A stretch of DNA of 64,000 nt from Candidatus Hydrogenedentales bacterium (GTDB lineage: Bacteria; Hydrogenedentota; Hydrogenedentia; Hydrogenedentales; SLHB01). Where the stretch lies: positions 41,136 to 105,135 of the forward strand of contig JBHELB010000030.1 in the NCBI GenBank assembly GCA_041859045.1. The letters are read 5' to 3'. Shown one piece after another: positions 10,942 through 20,426 of the stretch. A program made the translations under genes and the position numbers. Below the pieces are notes generated by a model. It did no database searches, was not told the origin of the DNA, and saw only the letters and a program-made list of their open reading frames with translations. Numbering within the stretch: position 1 is the first letter of the stretch; every line of letters begins with the position of its first letter.

Positions 10942-12301
10942 AGAGGTTTCGTTCTCGGGGATCGGGTTGCACACCGGAAACCTGACGACGATGACCTTTC
11001 GGCCCGCCCCGGTAAACCAGGGCATTACCTTCTATCGTATCGATCTCCCGGACCGTCCGGCGATCAAGGCCGATGTCGACCATGTGGTTGATGTTTCTCG
11101 CGGCACCACGATTGGCATCGGCGAGGCCAAGGTTCACACGGTGGAGCACGTCTTGGCGGCGGTCGCGGGATTGGGCATCGATAATCTCGACATCGACGTC
11201 GATGCGAACGAGATCCCCGTGGGCGATGGCAGTTCGCTGCCGTTCCTGGCCACCCTTAAGCGGGCGGGGATCGTCGAGCAAGACGCCGAACGTGAATACA
11301 TCCAGATCAAGACGCCGGTTTACTACCGCAACGACGATGTGACCTTGAGCGTCTTGCCGTCCGACGAACTGCGCGTGACGATGACGATTTCATACGATCA
11401 TCTCGCCGTCGGCACTCAATACGCGTCGTTTGTGATTACCCCTGAGACGTTCGAGAAAGACATCGCCTCCGCGCGCACGTTCTGTTTCCTGCGTGAGGTG
11501 AAGATGCTTCAGGAGCAGGGGTTGATCAAGGGGGGGAGTCTTGAGAACGCCGTGGTGATCGGCGACGAGGCCATTCTCAACGATGAACTCCGCTACCCGG
11601 ATGAGTTCGTGCGGCACAAGGTGCTTGACCTGATCGGCGATCTCTACCTGCTGGGCCGTCCCGTGCGCGGTCACGTGATCGGCGTCAAGTCCGGACACGC
11701 CATGCACGTCAATTTCTCGCGCCAGATCAAGAAGTCGGTTATGAACGGTTCGGCGGCGACCCCTCGCCCCGAAACGCCGCCCTCGCGTCCGCGCGCCAAG
11801 GGGCAATCGCCCGCGCTCGAAGCGACCGCGATTATGAAGGTGTTGCCGCACCGTTTCCCGTTTCTGTTGGTGGATCGTATCCTCTCGTTCGTGCCTTACG
11901 AGCGCGTGGTCGGCATCAAGAACGTAACGGTGAACGAGCCGTTTTTCCAGGGCCACTGGCCACAGATGCCGGTGATGCCCGGGGTGCTGATTGTCGAGAG
12001 CATGGCCCAGGTCAGCGCGGTGCTGATGTTCGGCGAAGGCGCCGAGCCCGGCCGGTTGGCCTTTTTCCTTGGCATCGAGAAGGCGCGTTTCCGGCGGACG
12101 GTGGTCCCGGGCGACCAATTGGTGATCGAGGCGGAAATGATTCACATGCGGCGGAATGCGTGCCGTGTGCGCGCCGTGGCGAAAGTGGACGGATCGCCCG
12201 CGGCGGAGGCGGAGATGCTGTTTGGCATCATGGACGCCCCGCCCCCGAGCGAATCCAAACCCCTTACCGACCCACGTTTAGCGGACAAGACCAAGAAATA
12301 G
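10916..12301 (+). CDS. lpxC: Bifunctional UDP-3-O-acyl-GlcNAc deacetylase / 3-hydroxyacyl-ACP dehydratase (LpxC::FabZ fusion)
   Basis: The N-terminal ~300 aa is LpxC (GIGLHTG; TVEHVLAAV; [15 protein letters not shown]; GHAMHV). The C-terminal ~150 aa is a FabZ hotdog ([14 protein letters not shown]...[24 protein letters not shown]). Overlaps the lpxD 3' end. Confidence 0.85.
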   Translation: MDLQRTIAREVSFSGIGLHTGNLTTMTFRPAPVNQGITFYRIDLPDRPAIKADVDHVVDVSRGTTIGIGEAKVHTVEHVLAAVAGLGIDNLDIDVDANEIPVGDGSSLPFLATLKRAGIVEQDAEREYIQIKTPVYYRNDDVTLSVLPSDELRVTMTISYDHLAVGTQYASFVITPETFEKDIASARTFCFLREVKMLQEQGLIKGGSLENAVVIGDEAILNDELRYPDEFVRHKVLDLIGDLYLLGRPVRGHVIGVKSGHAMHVNFSRQIKKSVMNGSAATPRPETPPSRPRAKGQSPALEATAIMKVLPHRFPFLLVDRILSFVPYERVVGIKNVTVNEPFFQGHWPQMPVMPGVLIVESMAQVSAVLMFGEGAEPGRLAFFLGIEKARFRRTVVPGDQLVIEAEMIHMRRNACRVRAVAKVDGSPAAEAEMLFGIMDAPPPSESKPLTDPRLADKTKK

Positions 12302-12331
12302 GCGCTGCCTCCCGCGCGGCGGCGGGGGAAA

Positions 12332-13240
12332 GTGCGGCGGAGATTGACCATGTACACAGGTACACGTGAATCGCAGACGACGGTGGCTGCGGAAACCAGC
12401 GTCTCCGGGATAGGCCTCCACACGGGCTGTCTTTCTACACTTACGTTTAAGCCCGCGCCACCTGACACGGGGATTGTTTTTCGGCGCGTGGATTTGGCCG
12501 GTGCGCCGATCATTCCGGCCACCCTCGATCACGTGCTCAATACGTCGCTCCGCACGGCGATTGGCGTCGGAACCGCGGAAGTCAACACGGTCGAGCATGT
12601 CCTGGCCGCGTTGGTAGGGTTGGGCATCGATAATGCCCTCGTGGAGGTTGACGCTCCCGAGACGCCCGGCGCCGACGGCAGCGCGTTGCCGTTCGTGAAG
12701 GCCTTGCGCAAGGCCGGTCTTACGGAGCAGGACCGTCCCCGGCGCTACTACGAGATTCTCGATCCGGTGCGCCATCGTCACGAAGACGCCCTTATGACCA
12801 TTGAGCCTTCCGACGGATTCCGAATCAGCATGACGATCAGTTTCGATCATCCCGCGATTGGCACTCAGCTTGCCTCATTCGCGATTACTCCAGAAGTATT
12901 TGAACGCGAGATCGCCCCCGCGCGCACGTTCGGTTTCCTGTGCCACATGCGCTCACTCATGAGCCAGGGCATCATCCAGGGCGTGAGTCTCGAGAACTCG
13001 GTCGTGATTGGCGACGAAGGCGTGCTAAATGACGACCTGCGTTTCCCCGATGAGTTTGTGCGTCACAAGATTCTCGACTTGATGGGCGACCTCTATCTAT
13101 TGGGGCGTCCCCTGCGCGGTCATGTGACCGCCGCCAAGACCGGCCACGCTTCGCACGTTGCTTTCTCACGGCGTCTGCGCCAGCAGGCGGCGCGTTTGCC
13201 CAGGTTGGCGCGTCCCGCGAAGGCGATTGCGGTGCGCTAG
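12332..13240 (+). CDS. lpxC: Second, stand-alone LpxC paralog (UDP-3-O-acyl-GlcNAc deacetylase)
   Basis: About 60-65% identical by eye to the LpxC part of the upstream fusion. Zn-ligand and catalytic positions are retained (TVEHVLAAL; FVRHKILDLMGDLYL; GHASHV). An alternative start is MYTGT at 12350. Confidence 0.8.
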   Translation: MRRRLTMYTGTRESQTTVAAETSVSGIGLHTGCLSTLTFKPAPPDTGIVFRRVDLAGAPIIPATLDHVLNTSLRTAIGVGTAEVNTVEHVLAALVGLGIDNALVEVDAPETPGADGSALPFVKALRKAGLTEQDRPRRYYEILDPVRHRHEDALMTIEPSDGFRISMTISFDHPAIGTQLASFAITPEVFEREIAPARTFGFLCHMRSLMSQGIIQGVSLENSVVIGDEGVLNDDLRFPDEFVRHKILDLMGDLYLLGRPLRGHVTAAKTGHASHVAFSRRLRQQAARLPRLARPAKAIAVR

Positions 13241-13260
13241 GCCAAGCTCAAGGGGGGGCG

Positions 13261-13608
13261 ATGAGCGAAGACACCATTTTTGGCAAGATAGTTCGGGGCG
13301 AAATCCCGTCCGTTCCGGTCTACTCCGACGACGACTTCTACGCCTTTCGCGACATCAACCCCGGCGCCCCCACTCATGTCCTCGTCGTGCCGCGCAAGCC
13401 GATTCCGCGCGTGGTTGATGCGACCGATGACGATGCCCTGATGCTGGGCAAGCTCATTCTCGTCGCGAACAAGGTGGCCGTGCAGGAAGGCCTAACCGAG
13501 AACGGGTTCCGCTACGTCATCAACTGCGGCGAATGGGGCGGCCAGACCGTGTATCACCTTCACCTTCACATCCTCGGCGGGCGCCCCATGGCCTGGCCTC
13601 CCGGTTGA
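13261..13608 (+). CDS. HIT-family (histidine triad) nucleotide hydrolase
   Basis: HIT motif HLHLHILGG; 115 aa. Confidence 0.8.
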   Translation: MSEDTIFGKIVRGEIPSVPVYSDDDFYAFRDINPGAPTHVLVVPRKPIPRVVDATDDDALMLGKLILVANKVAVQEGLTENGFRYVINCGEWGGQTVYHLHLHILGGRPMAWPPG

Positions 13609-13636
13609 CCTTCCTTCACGAACAAGGAGCCTTCGC

Positions 13637-14497
13637 GTGCCCACCCCAAACACCGCCACCCAACTGTGCGCCGTTATCGGCAACCCGATTGAGCATTCCC
13701 TGTCCCCGGCCATGCACAACGCCGGGTACGCCGCGCTGGGCCTGAACTGGGTCTACCTTGCGTTCAAAGTGGAAGACCTCAAGGGGTGTATGGCGGGCAT
13801 GCGTGCGCTGCCAAATTTCCGTGGCATGAGCGTGACCGTGCCCCACAAGATCGCGGTGATGGAATACCTCGACGAGATCGATCCCATGGCCCTGCATGTG
13901 GGCTCCGTGAACACGGTCAGTCACGAGAACGGCCGACTCATCGGCTCCACCACCGACGGCCCCGGGGCGCTGCGCGCATTTTCCGATGCCGGCGTTTCCA
14001 TGGATGGCAAGAAAGTACTGTTTATCGGCAGCGGCGGCGCGGTGCGCGCGGTGTCATTCGCAGTGGCAGAGATGACCAAAGCCACGCAGATCACCATCCT
14101 GGGCGAGATTCCCGACCAAGTCGCCGGTTTGGTGACAGATCTCCAAGAAAAGGCGCATGCACCCGCCATCGGCGGCGACGCAAAGAGCGATCTCGAAACC
14201 GCGATGGCCACGCACGACATCATTCTGCATGGCACCCCCGTGGGGATGCACCCGCATGTCGACGGCACCTGCGTGCCCAAGGCGTTTTTCCGTCCCGGCC
14301 AGGTCGTCTTCGATATGGTCTACCGTCCGCAGAAGACTCGTCTGCTGCGCGAGGCGGAAGAGGCCGGCTGCACGATCCTGTTTGGCATCCACATGCTGAT
14401 CAATCAGGCCGTGTTGCAGTTTGAGCGCTGGACCGGCCAGCCCGCGCCGATGCAGGCCATGCACGACGCGGCCATGGCGGGACTGCGAGAGGACTAA
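13637..14497 (+). CDS. aroE: Shikimate dehydrogenase AroE
   Basis: N-terminal LCAVIGNPIEHSLSPAMHNAGYAALGL; VTVPHK motif; Rossmann GSGGAVRAV. Confidence 0.85.
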   Translation: MPTPNTATQLCAVIGNPIEHSLSPAMHNAGYAALGLNWVYLAFKVEDLKGCMAGMRALPNFRGMSVTVPHKIAVMEYLDEIDPMALHVGSVNTVSHENGRLIGSTTDGPGALRAFSDAGVSMDGKKVLFIGSGGAVRAVSFAVAEMTKATQITILGEIPDQVAGLVTDLQEKAHAPAIGGDAKSDLETAMATHDIILHGTPVGMHPHVDGTCVPKAFFRPGQVVFDMVYRPQKTRLLREAEEAGCTILFGIHMLINQAVLQFERWTGQPAPMQAMHDAAMAGLRED

Positions 14498-14500
14498 ACC

Positions 14501-15019
14501 GTGAATCTCGTGCTTATTGGTTATCGCGGCACCGGCAAGTCGCATCTCGCTTCGTTGTTGGCAAAACGCCTTGGCTTGCGCGCGCTCAGCACCGACGCCG
14601 AAATCGTGCGCCGCGCGGGGTGTAGCATTCCGGCGTTTGTCGCGGCCCACGGTTGGGACAAATTTCGCGATCTCGAATCGGAAGTTGTGCGCGATGCCGC
14701 GGCGCAGGATGGCCTGGTGCTCGACACCGGCGGCGGGGCGATTCTGCGCGACGCGAACGTCGCCGCGCTGCGTTCTACAGGGGTATTGTTCTGGTTAACG
14801 GCGTCTGTGGATGAAATCGTATCGCGGATCGGCTCCGACAACAACCGGCCTTCCCTGACCGGCGCCAAGAGTTTTACCGACGAAGTGGCCGAAGTGTTGG
14901 CCGTTCGCGAGCCCCTCTACGCCGCCGCGGCGCACTACACCCTGGCCACCGAAGGGCGCAGTCCCGAGGCCTGCGCGGACGAGATCGCCGCTGAATTTGA
15001 GCGCCTTCGCGCTGGTTGA
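14501..15019 (+). CDS. aroK: Shikimate kinase AroK
   Basis: GTG start; P-loop GYRGTGKSHLASLLAKRLG; 172 aa. Confidence 0.85.
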   Translation: MNLVLIGYRGTGKSHLASLLAKRLGLRALSTDAEIVRRAGCSIPAFVAAHGWDKFRDLESEVVRDAAAQDGLVLDTGGGAILRDANVAALRSTGVLFWLTASVDEIVSRIGSDNNRPSLTGAKSFTDEVAEVLAVREPLYAAAAHYTLATEGRSPEACADEIAAEFERLRAG

Positions 15020-15040
15020 GCGGTGCGTTTTTTCAAAAGA

Positions 15041-15069
15041 TTGCGGAGGGGGCACTGCGGTGCTACACT
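15041..15069 (+). promoter_or_regulatory. Candidate sigma70-type promoter for the EIIA(Ntr) gene
   Basis: TTGCGG-17 nt-TACACT. Confidence 0.3.
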
Positions 15070-15153
15070 GACGCCCAGATAGTGTATTTGCCCTTGCGGC
15101 ACCGATGGGATGGACTGCCGCGGGGGCGAGTTTTCCAAAGGACGGCGGGAACG

Positions 15154-15984
15154 ATGTTACTGACCAAATTTATCCCCAAGAATTGTATTGTTCCGACCCT
15201 CGAATCAACCACAAAGGCCGACGCCTTAAAAGAGTTGACGCACCTGCTCTTCGACAAGAAAAAGATGAAGGGCGTGGGGCCGGCGCTCGACCAGATCATT
15301 GCGCGCGAGGTTACGGAGAGCACGGGGATTGGCCGAGGCATCGCCGTTCCCCATGCGCGCGTGACGGGCATGCGTTCGCTGGCCTGCGCGGTGGGCCGTT
15401 CGCCGGAAGGGCTCGATTTCCTCGCGGTGGACCGCAAGCCGGTCCATCTCGTGTTTCTGATCTGCTATCCCCCCACGGAACAGACGACCTATCTCAATTT
15501 CGTGGCCACGGTGGCGCGTCTCCTGAGCGATCCCGCGCGTCTGCAGAAAATGCTCAAGGCGGGCACGGCCGACGAAATGTTCGACATTCTCGAGACAGAC
15601 TCGCAGCAATTTCTCGAGAAACCCGAGAAGAAGGGCGAAGCCCTCAAGGCCGATCCGGACCTCGGCAAAGTGATGGACGCGCACGCCGACCTCATTTTGT
15701 TGGCGCGGCTGCAACTCTGCCAGGAAATGCTGACATCGGCCAAGACCGGTAAATCAGAGATCAAACAGCGCATCGATACGATCCGTTCGTTGGTCGCTCC
15801 GAAAATCTTGGCCCATTATGACCGGTTGATGAAGAGCCGTCCGCCTGCGCTGGTTTCGGTCGAAGGCGACACCTGCCAAGGGTGTTTCATGCGGCTGCCC
15901 TCGAAATTTGTCCAGGAAGTGCGTCAAGACCCGGATCATATCCATACCTGCTCGAACTGCAGCCGCTACATCTACGTGGTATAG
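15154..15984 (+). CDS. PTS EIIA(Ntr)-like nitrogen regulatory protein fused to a C-terminal C4 zinc-ribbon (COG1579-like) domain
   Basis: EIIA type-2 domain with conserved His (IGRGIAVPHARV...). C-terminus ...VSVEGDTCQGCFMRLPSKFVQEVRQDPDHIHTCSNCSRYIYVV matches the CxxC...CxxC ribbon of COG1579 / zf-RING_7 proteins. Start trimmed to ATG 15154. Confidence 0.6.
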   Translation: MLLTKFIPKNCIVPTLESTTKADALKELTHLLFDKKKMKGVGPALDQIIAREVTESTGIGRGIAVPHARVTGMRSLACAVGRSPEGLDFLAVDRKPVHLVFLICYPPTEQTTYLNFVATVARLLSDPARLQKMLKAGTADEMFDILETDSQQFLEKPEKKGEALKADPDLGKVMDAHADLILLARLQLCQEMLTSAKTGKSEIKQRIDTIRSLVAPKILAHYDRLMKSRPPALVSVEGDTCQGCFMRLPSKFVQEVRQDPDHIHTCSNCSRYIYVV

Positions 15985-16082
15985 TGGATTTCAGAGTCGT
16001 CCGCGCCGGAACTCCCGGCGCGGCGGTTTTGTAATGGGACCGCCGGGATCGCATCTCGGCCGAAGGGGAGGAGGGTCCTCTT

Positions 16083-16571
16083 ATGTTGTCGAGCAGTCAA
16101 CAGCAGATGCTTGTGCGCAACTGTCAGCTCTTCAAAGGACTCGATCCCAACGACGTCGCCAAGATCTTCGCGCACGGCAGCACCGTGAACATGTCCAAAG
16201 GCCAGGTGATCTTTTACCAGGGCACGACCGGGAATACCATGTACGTTGTTCTGGGCGGCAAGGTTAACCTCTACGACGGCCGCAAGGTCGCCGTGGCGCT
16301 CGGCCCGGGCGACACCTTCGGCGAGATGGCCCTCATCAGCAATGAGCCCCGCAGCCTCAGCGCGGCCGCCGCGGAAGACTGTCTGCTGTTCATGATGACC
16401 GAGACCTTTTTCCAGCGACTTATGACCAAGCGCGTCGCGATTCAGATTCTGCTCAACCTCGTGGGTACGCTCAGCCAGCGGTTGCGCGACACCAACGCCC
16501 GCCTGGCCAAGGTGAAAAGCCAGCTTGCCGAGCAGGAAGCGCCCCAGAACGACGCGGAGCCTGCTGAATAG
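16083..16571 (+). CDS. Stand-alone cyclic-nucleotide-binding (CAP/Crp effector) domain protein
   Basis: cNMP-binding signature GPGDTFGEMALISNEPRSLSAAA; no DNA-binding HTH. Confidence 0.7.
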   Translation: MLSSSQQQMLVRNCQLFKGLDPNDVAKIFAHGSTVNMSKGQVIFYQGTTGNTMYVVLGGKVNLYDGRKVAVALGPGDTFGEMALISNEPRSLSAAAAEDCLLFMMTETFFQRLMTKRVAIQILLNLVGTLSQRLRDTNARLAKVKSQLAEQEAPQNDAEPAE

Positions 16572-16779
16572 AGGGTCGCCTTCCATCGTCGCCAATTTTC
16601 CCGGCGACGGACCACGCATGCGGTATTTTCGGATCTATGCGCTCGGATTGGATCAGAAAATATCATTAATCGCATATTTTTAAAAAATAGACCGTAAATT
16701 ATAAGTCCCGGTTTGACAGTGGGTTGAAGCCAGGATACAATAAATTCAGGTCTTGGCGCTGCAAAAATATTGGGAACGT

Positions 16780-16807
16780 TAAAGTTACGTCGTTCATTGG
16801 CCGATAA
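16780..16807 (+). promoter_or_regulatory. Sigma28 (FliA)-type promoter upstream of fliD
   Basis: TAAA-16 nt-GCCGATAA inside an unusually AT-rich ~240-nt intergenic region, about 55 nt upstream of the fliD ATG. Confidence 0.5.
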
Positions 16808-16864
16808 AAAGAACGGATTTCCGTCTGGAGCGGAAGCATAGTTTGTGAGCTGGAGGCGGCGGCC

Positions 16865-18586
16865 ATGTCTGGAAGCTTTTCAGTAGGCGGACTCGTTAGC
16901 GGGCTGGATTCGAATACCCTCATCGCTCAGCTTATGCAGATTGAGCGGCAGCCCGTGACGCGGATGCAGCAGCGCGTCTCGGCGCTGACGACGCAGCGCA
17001 CGACGATGAACGAACTGCGCACGCAACTTCAGACTCTCCGCAATGTAGCCTACGATTTCAAACTGAAGAGCACCTTCTCCAAGTTTTCCGCCACCTCCAG
17101 CGACACCGACGTCGCCACCGCCAGCGCCTCACTGGGCAGTCCGGTGTCCGGCGCGTACACGATTGACGTGACCCGTCTCGCGAGCGCGACGGTGGTGCGC
17201 GGGGCCGGCGCCATCGGTGCTCCGATTAATCCTGACGCGACCTTGGCCTCCACGGGGATGGTGAATACGGTGAGCGCGGGCACGTTCTCGGTGAACGGCG
17301 TGCAGTTCACCGTCGATCCCGCGACGCAGAGCCTGAACCAGGTGTTGTCGGCGATTAATTCGAGCGCCGCAGGCGTGACCGCAACATACGATTCCGCGCG
17401 CGATCGCGTGGTGTTTACGAACTCCACCCCCGGCAGCACGAACTTCATCAATTTCGGCGTGACGGGGGACACCAGCAATTTCCTCGAAGCAATCAACGTT
17501 CGCACCGCCACGCAGTCCACCAACACCAGCGGGACCACGGAAGTCGTGGGGACGCGGAACCTGGGCGCAGCCAACGTCGGCGCGACGCTGAACACGGTTT
17601 CGTTTTCAGGCGGCGCCATGACGAGCGGGACATTCTCGATCAACGGCGTGGCGTTTACGGTGGATACCGCGGCGGATTCGCTGTCCGATGTCCTCGGGCG
17701 GATCAATTCCTCGGACGCCCAAGTGACCGCGACCTATGACTCCGCGTCCGATACCGTGCGCATCGCCTCGAAGACGTTGGGCAGCCGTACAGTGAATTTC
17801 AGCGCTGGAACGAGTAATTTCATCTCGCTCATGAAGCTCGACACCGCGACGCAGGTGGTGGGGCAGGACGCGCAGTTTACGGTGAACGGCGGCGATGTGC
17901 AGACCCGTAACTCGAACGAAGTCACCGATGCGATCGCGGACGTTACGCTGAATTTCAAGAGCTTGGGCACGACGACGGTGACGGTCGGGGCCGACGACTC
18001 GGGTGTGATTGACTCGGTCAAGGCGTTCTTGGACAGCGTCAACGCGACGTTGACGCGACTGCGGGAACTGACCTCGAACGACGGGGATTTCTCCGGCGAT
18101 GCGTTGCTGAGTGAAATCGACTCCACGATCAAGACGACGGTGCTGGGGCTGGTTTCCGGAATCGGCGGAAGCTACACGACGCTGGGCGACATCGGCATCT
18201 CGACGGGCGAGACGTTCGATTCCAAGGCCGTGACGCAGTATTCGCTGGATGAAACAAAGTTCAAAGAAGCCTTGGCCAAAGACCGCGGGAACGTGACGAA
18301 TCTGTTCACGAATTCGGGCGGCACCGGCGTGGGCGATGTCCTCAAGACGTATCTCGAGACGATGACGGGGACCTCGGGGCCGCTCAATGAGCGCGTGAAG
18401 ACCGGCGGCACCTATGACCGGATGTTGCAGGACTACAACGATCGCATCGAACAGATGGAGCGACGGCTGGAATTGAAGGAGACGCGGTTACGCCAGCAGT
18501 TTACGCGCCTTGAGACCATGTCGGCCAACTTTCAATCGCAGAGCGCGTCGCTTTCGCGCATCAGTAGCGGAAGTAGTGTATTCTAA
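16865..18586 (+). CDS. fliD: Flagellar filament cap protein FliD (hook-associated protein 2)
   Basis: N-terminus ...GLVSGLDSNTLIAQLMQIERQPVTRMQQR...GAYTIDVTRLASA and C-terminal coiled-coil NDRIEQMERRLELKETRLRQQFTRLETM are typical of FliD; fliS follows. Confidence 0.8.
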   Translation: MSGSFSVGGLVSGLDSNTLIAQLMQIERQPVTRMQQRVSALTTQRTTMNELRTQLQTLRNVAYDFKLKSTFSKFSATSSDTDVATASASLGSPVSGAYTIDVTRLASATVVRGAGAIGAPINPDATLASTGMVNTVSAGTFSVNGVQFTVDPATQSLNQVLSAINSSAAGVTATYDSARDRVVFTNSTPGSTNFINFGVTGDTSNFLEAINVRTATQSTNTSGTTEVVGTRNLGAANVGATLNTVSFSGGAMTSGTFSINGVAFTVDTAADSLSDVLGRINSSDAQVTATYDSASDTVRIASKTLGSRTVNFSAGTSNFISLMKLDTATQVVGQDAQFTVNGGDVQTRNSNEVTDAIADVTLNFKSLGTTTVTVGADDSGVIDSVKAFLDSVNATLTRLRELTSNDGDFSGDALLSEIDSTIKTTVLGLVSGIGGSYTTLGDIGISTGETFDSKAVTQYSLDETKFKEALAKDRGNVTNLFTNSGGTGVGDVLKTYLETMTGTSGPLNERVKTGGTYDRMLQDYNDRIEQMERRLELKETRLRQQFTRLETMSANFQSQSASLSRISSGSSVF

Positions 18587-18600
18587 AGAAGGAGGCGCCG

Positions 18601-19050
18601 ATGACATATCCGTCCGCCGCACAATATAGCTCGGTCTATCGCCAAGTCGATGTCGAAACGGCGTCGCAAGGCAAATTGATCGTTATGCTGTTTGATGGCG
18701 CGATACAGCGCGCGCAGGAAGGGATGTACCAACTCGAGAAGGGACATCTCGAAGGCGTGCATAACAACCTGGTGCGTGCGCAAGAGATCCTCGCGGAACT
18801 TCGCGCGTCGCTCAATATGAAGGCGGGCGACATCGCGCGGAACCTGGACCGGATATACGAATATCTGCAACACCTGCTCATCAAGGGCAATTTGCGCAAA
18901 GAAGCCGAGCCCATCGAGGAATGTGTCGCCTATCTCAAGGATCTGCGCGATACCTGGGCCGAACTGTTCGATCGCATCGCGCGGGAGCAGAAACCCGCCG
19001 CGCCGCACCTTAATCAGCACGGCTCCGCGTTCATTAATATGCGCGGGTAA
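18601..19050 (+). CDS. fliS: Flagellar export chaperone FliS
   Basis: ...VETASQGKLIVMLFDGAIQRAQ...; 149 aa; immediately downstream of fliD. Confidence 0.8.
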   Translation: MTYPSAAQYSSVYRQVDVETASQGKLIVMLFDGAIQRAQEGMYQLEKGHLEGVHNNLVRAQEILAELRASLNMKAGDIARNLDRIYEYLQHLLIKGNLRKEAEPIEECVAYLKDLRDTWAELFDRIAREQKPAAPHLNQHGSAFINMRG

Positions 19051-19098
19051 GTCTTGGGCGAATCCCAAAATCGTTTTCCGTCATCCGCTTGACTGGCT

Positions 19099-20382
19099 AT
19101 GGGCGGAGGCGTAGACTCCCGCCCCATGCGCTCATCTCATCTTCGCCTCTGTATCGCCGCCTTTTTGTTGGACTGCGCCGTCGTGTCGGGCACTACGGCG
19201 CTGCCTTTCTACTTGTACGACCACCTGAACGAAGGACCGCTGGCTTCCGGCACCATCGGGGCCCTGCAGGCGGCGTGCTATGCGGGGACGTGTCTACTGT
19301 CCGCAGGGGTACTGCGCCGTTCCAAGCGGTTCCTGCCTTGGGCCCTTACGGGCGGCACGATTTTCACACTGTGTTACAGCATCGCGCCCTTGTTCCCCGC
19401 CACGTGGTTCGCCGCGGCCACGACGATAGGCTCCATGGTTGGCATGGCGCTGGTCTGGCCGGCGTTTCAGGCGTACGTGGGAAGCGAGCCCGCGTCGGGC
19501 CTTCGTCATCGGCGGATGGCGCTCTACAATTTCAGTTGGAGCGCAGGGCTGGCCGTGGGGGCGCTCCTGGGAGGGCCGCTCTACGACCTTCACTATCTCT
19601 TGCCCTTTGCCGCACTTTTCCTCATGGGCGTGACGGCAATAGGGCTTCTGTTGTCGCTGCCTCGCGAAGCCGAACATGCGCCTGCAGAGTCCAGCGAGGA
19701 ATCGCGCCTAGCCGAGGGGGGACGCGCCCAGTCGATCCAGACCTATCTCTATGCCGCATGGGTGGCCAATTTTGTGGCATTTGGCGCGCTCAACGTCGTG
19801 CGCGCGGTGTTTCCCAAGCGCATTGATGAAGTCGTGGCTTCGGGCAGCTTGACGCTGTTCACAGCGCCCGTTCCGGCGGGCTGGCAGGCCGCCACAGTCT
19901 TCTCCGTGATGCCGTTTGTCCTGTGCCTGGTGTCGGCAGTCTTGATGCCCTGGTTTGGTCTACGCCGGTTCTGGCGCAATCGCTTCTGGCCAGTGGTATT
20001 GTCGCAAATCGCCACGGCGGGCTCGCTCTGGGTGCTGGGCACCACGCACAGCCTCGCGCTGATGGTGTTGAGCGCGATGGTGATTGGGGTCAACAGCGCG
20101 CTCTGCTTTATCGTGAGCCAACACTGGAGCATAGCCGATCCGGCGCTGAAGCATCGGCGCGCGGCGGTACACGAGGGGGCCAATGGCCTGGGCGGGTTCA
20201 CGTGGGCATTGGGTTACGGGATCGCCGCGCAGGCGCTAGGTACCTCGTGGCCGTTCCAGGCGAGCATCGTGTGGGGCGTGGCGTTGGTCTTGCTGCAATT
20301 GGCGCTTATCGCGCGGGGCCGTCGTCTGGCGGCACAGCAACCGTCGGTTGCGGCAAGCGCCTCGGCATCCCTACAGGGTTGA
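19099..20382 (+). CDS. MFS-type transporter (about 12 TM)
   Basis: Polytopic hydrophobic protein, 427 aa; start may be the internal M at 19126. Confidence 0.65.
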   Translation: MGGGVDSRPMRSSHLRLCIAAFLLDCAVVSGTTALPFYLYDHLNEGPLASGTIGALQAACYAGTCLLSAGVLRRSKRFLPWALTGGTIFTLCYSIAPLFPATWFAAATTIGSMVGMALVWPAFQAYVGSEPASGLRHRRMALYNFSWSAGLAVGALLGGPLYDLHYLLPFAALFLMGVTAIGLLLSLPREAEHAPAESSEESRLAEGGRAQSIQTYLYAAWVANFVAFGALNVVRAVFPKRIDEVVASGSLTLFTAPVPAGWQAATVFSVMPFVLCLVSAVLMPWFGLRRFWRNRFWPVVLSQIATAGSLWVLGTTHSLALMVLSAMVIGVNSALCFIVSQHWSIADPALKHRRAAVHEGANGLGGFTWALGYGIAAQALGTSWPFQASIVWGVALVLLQLALIARGRRLAAQQPSVAASASASLQG

Positions 20383-20426
20383 CGTATACTGTGTCCGCAT
20401 GCCGGACACGTTGAGAGAGGTATTCT

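Noticed and set aside
13786-14424. 212-aa plus-strand ORF in an alternative frame
   Set aside because: Overlaps aroE in another frame; Arg-rich; aroE frame has clear family motifs.
15001-15033. Possible terminator after aroK (T6 run)
   Set aside because: The T-run is present but I could not find a convincing GC-rich stem preceding it. It overlaps the predicted ptsN-like promoter.
16699-16923. 74-aa minus-strand ORF inside the AT-rich fliD upstream region
   Set aside because: Overlaps the sigma28 promoter and fliD start in antisense; no RBS or motif; probably non-coding.
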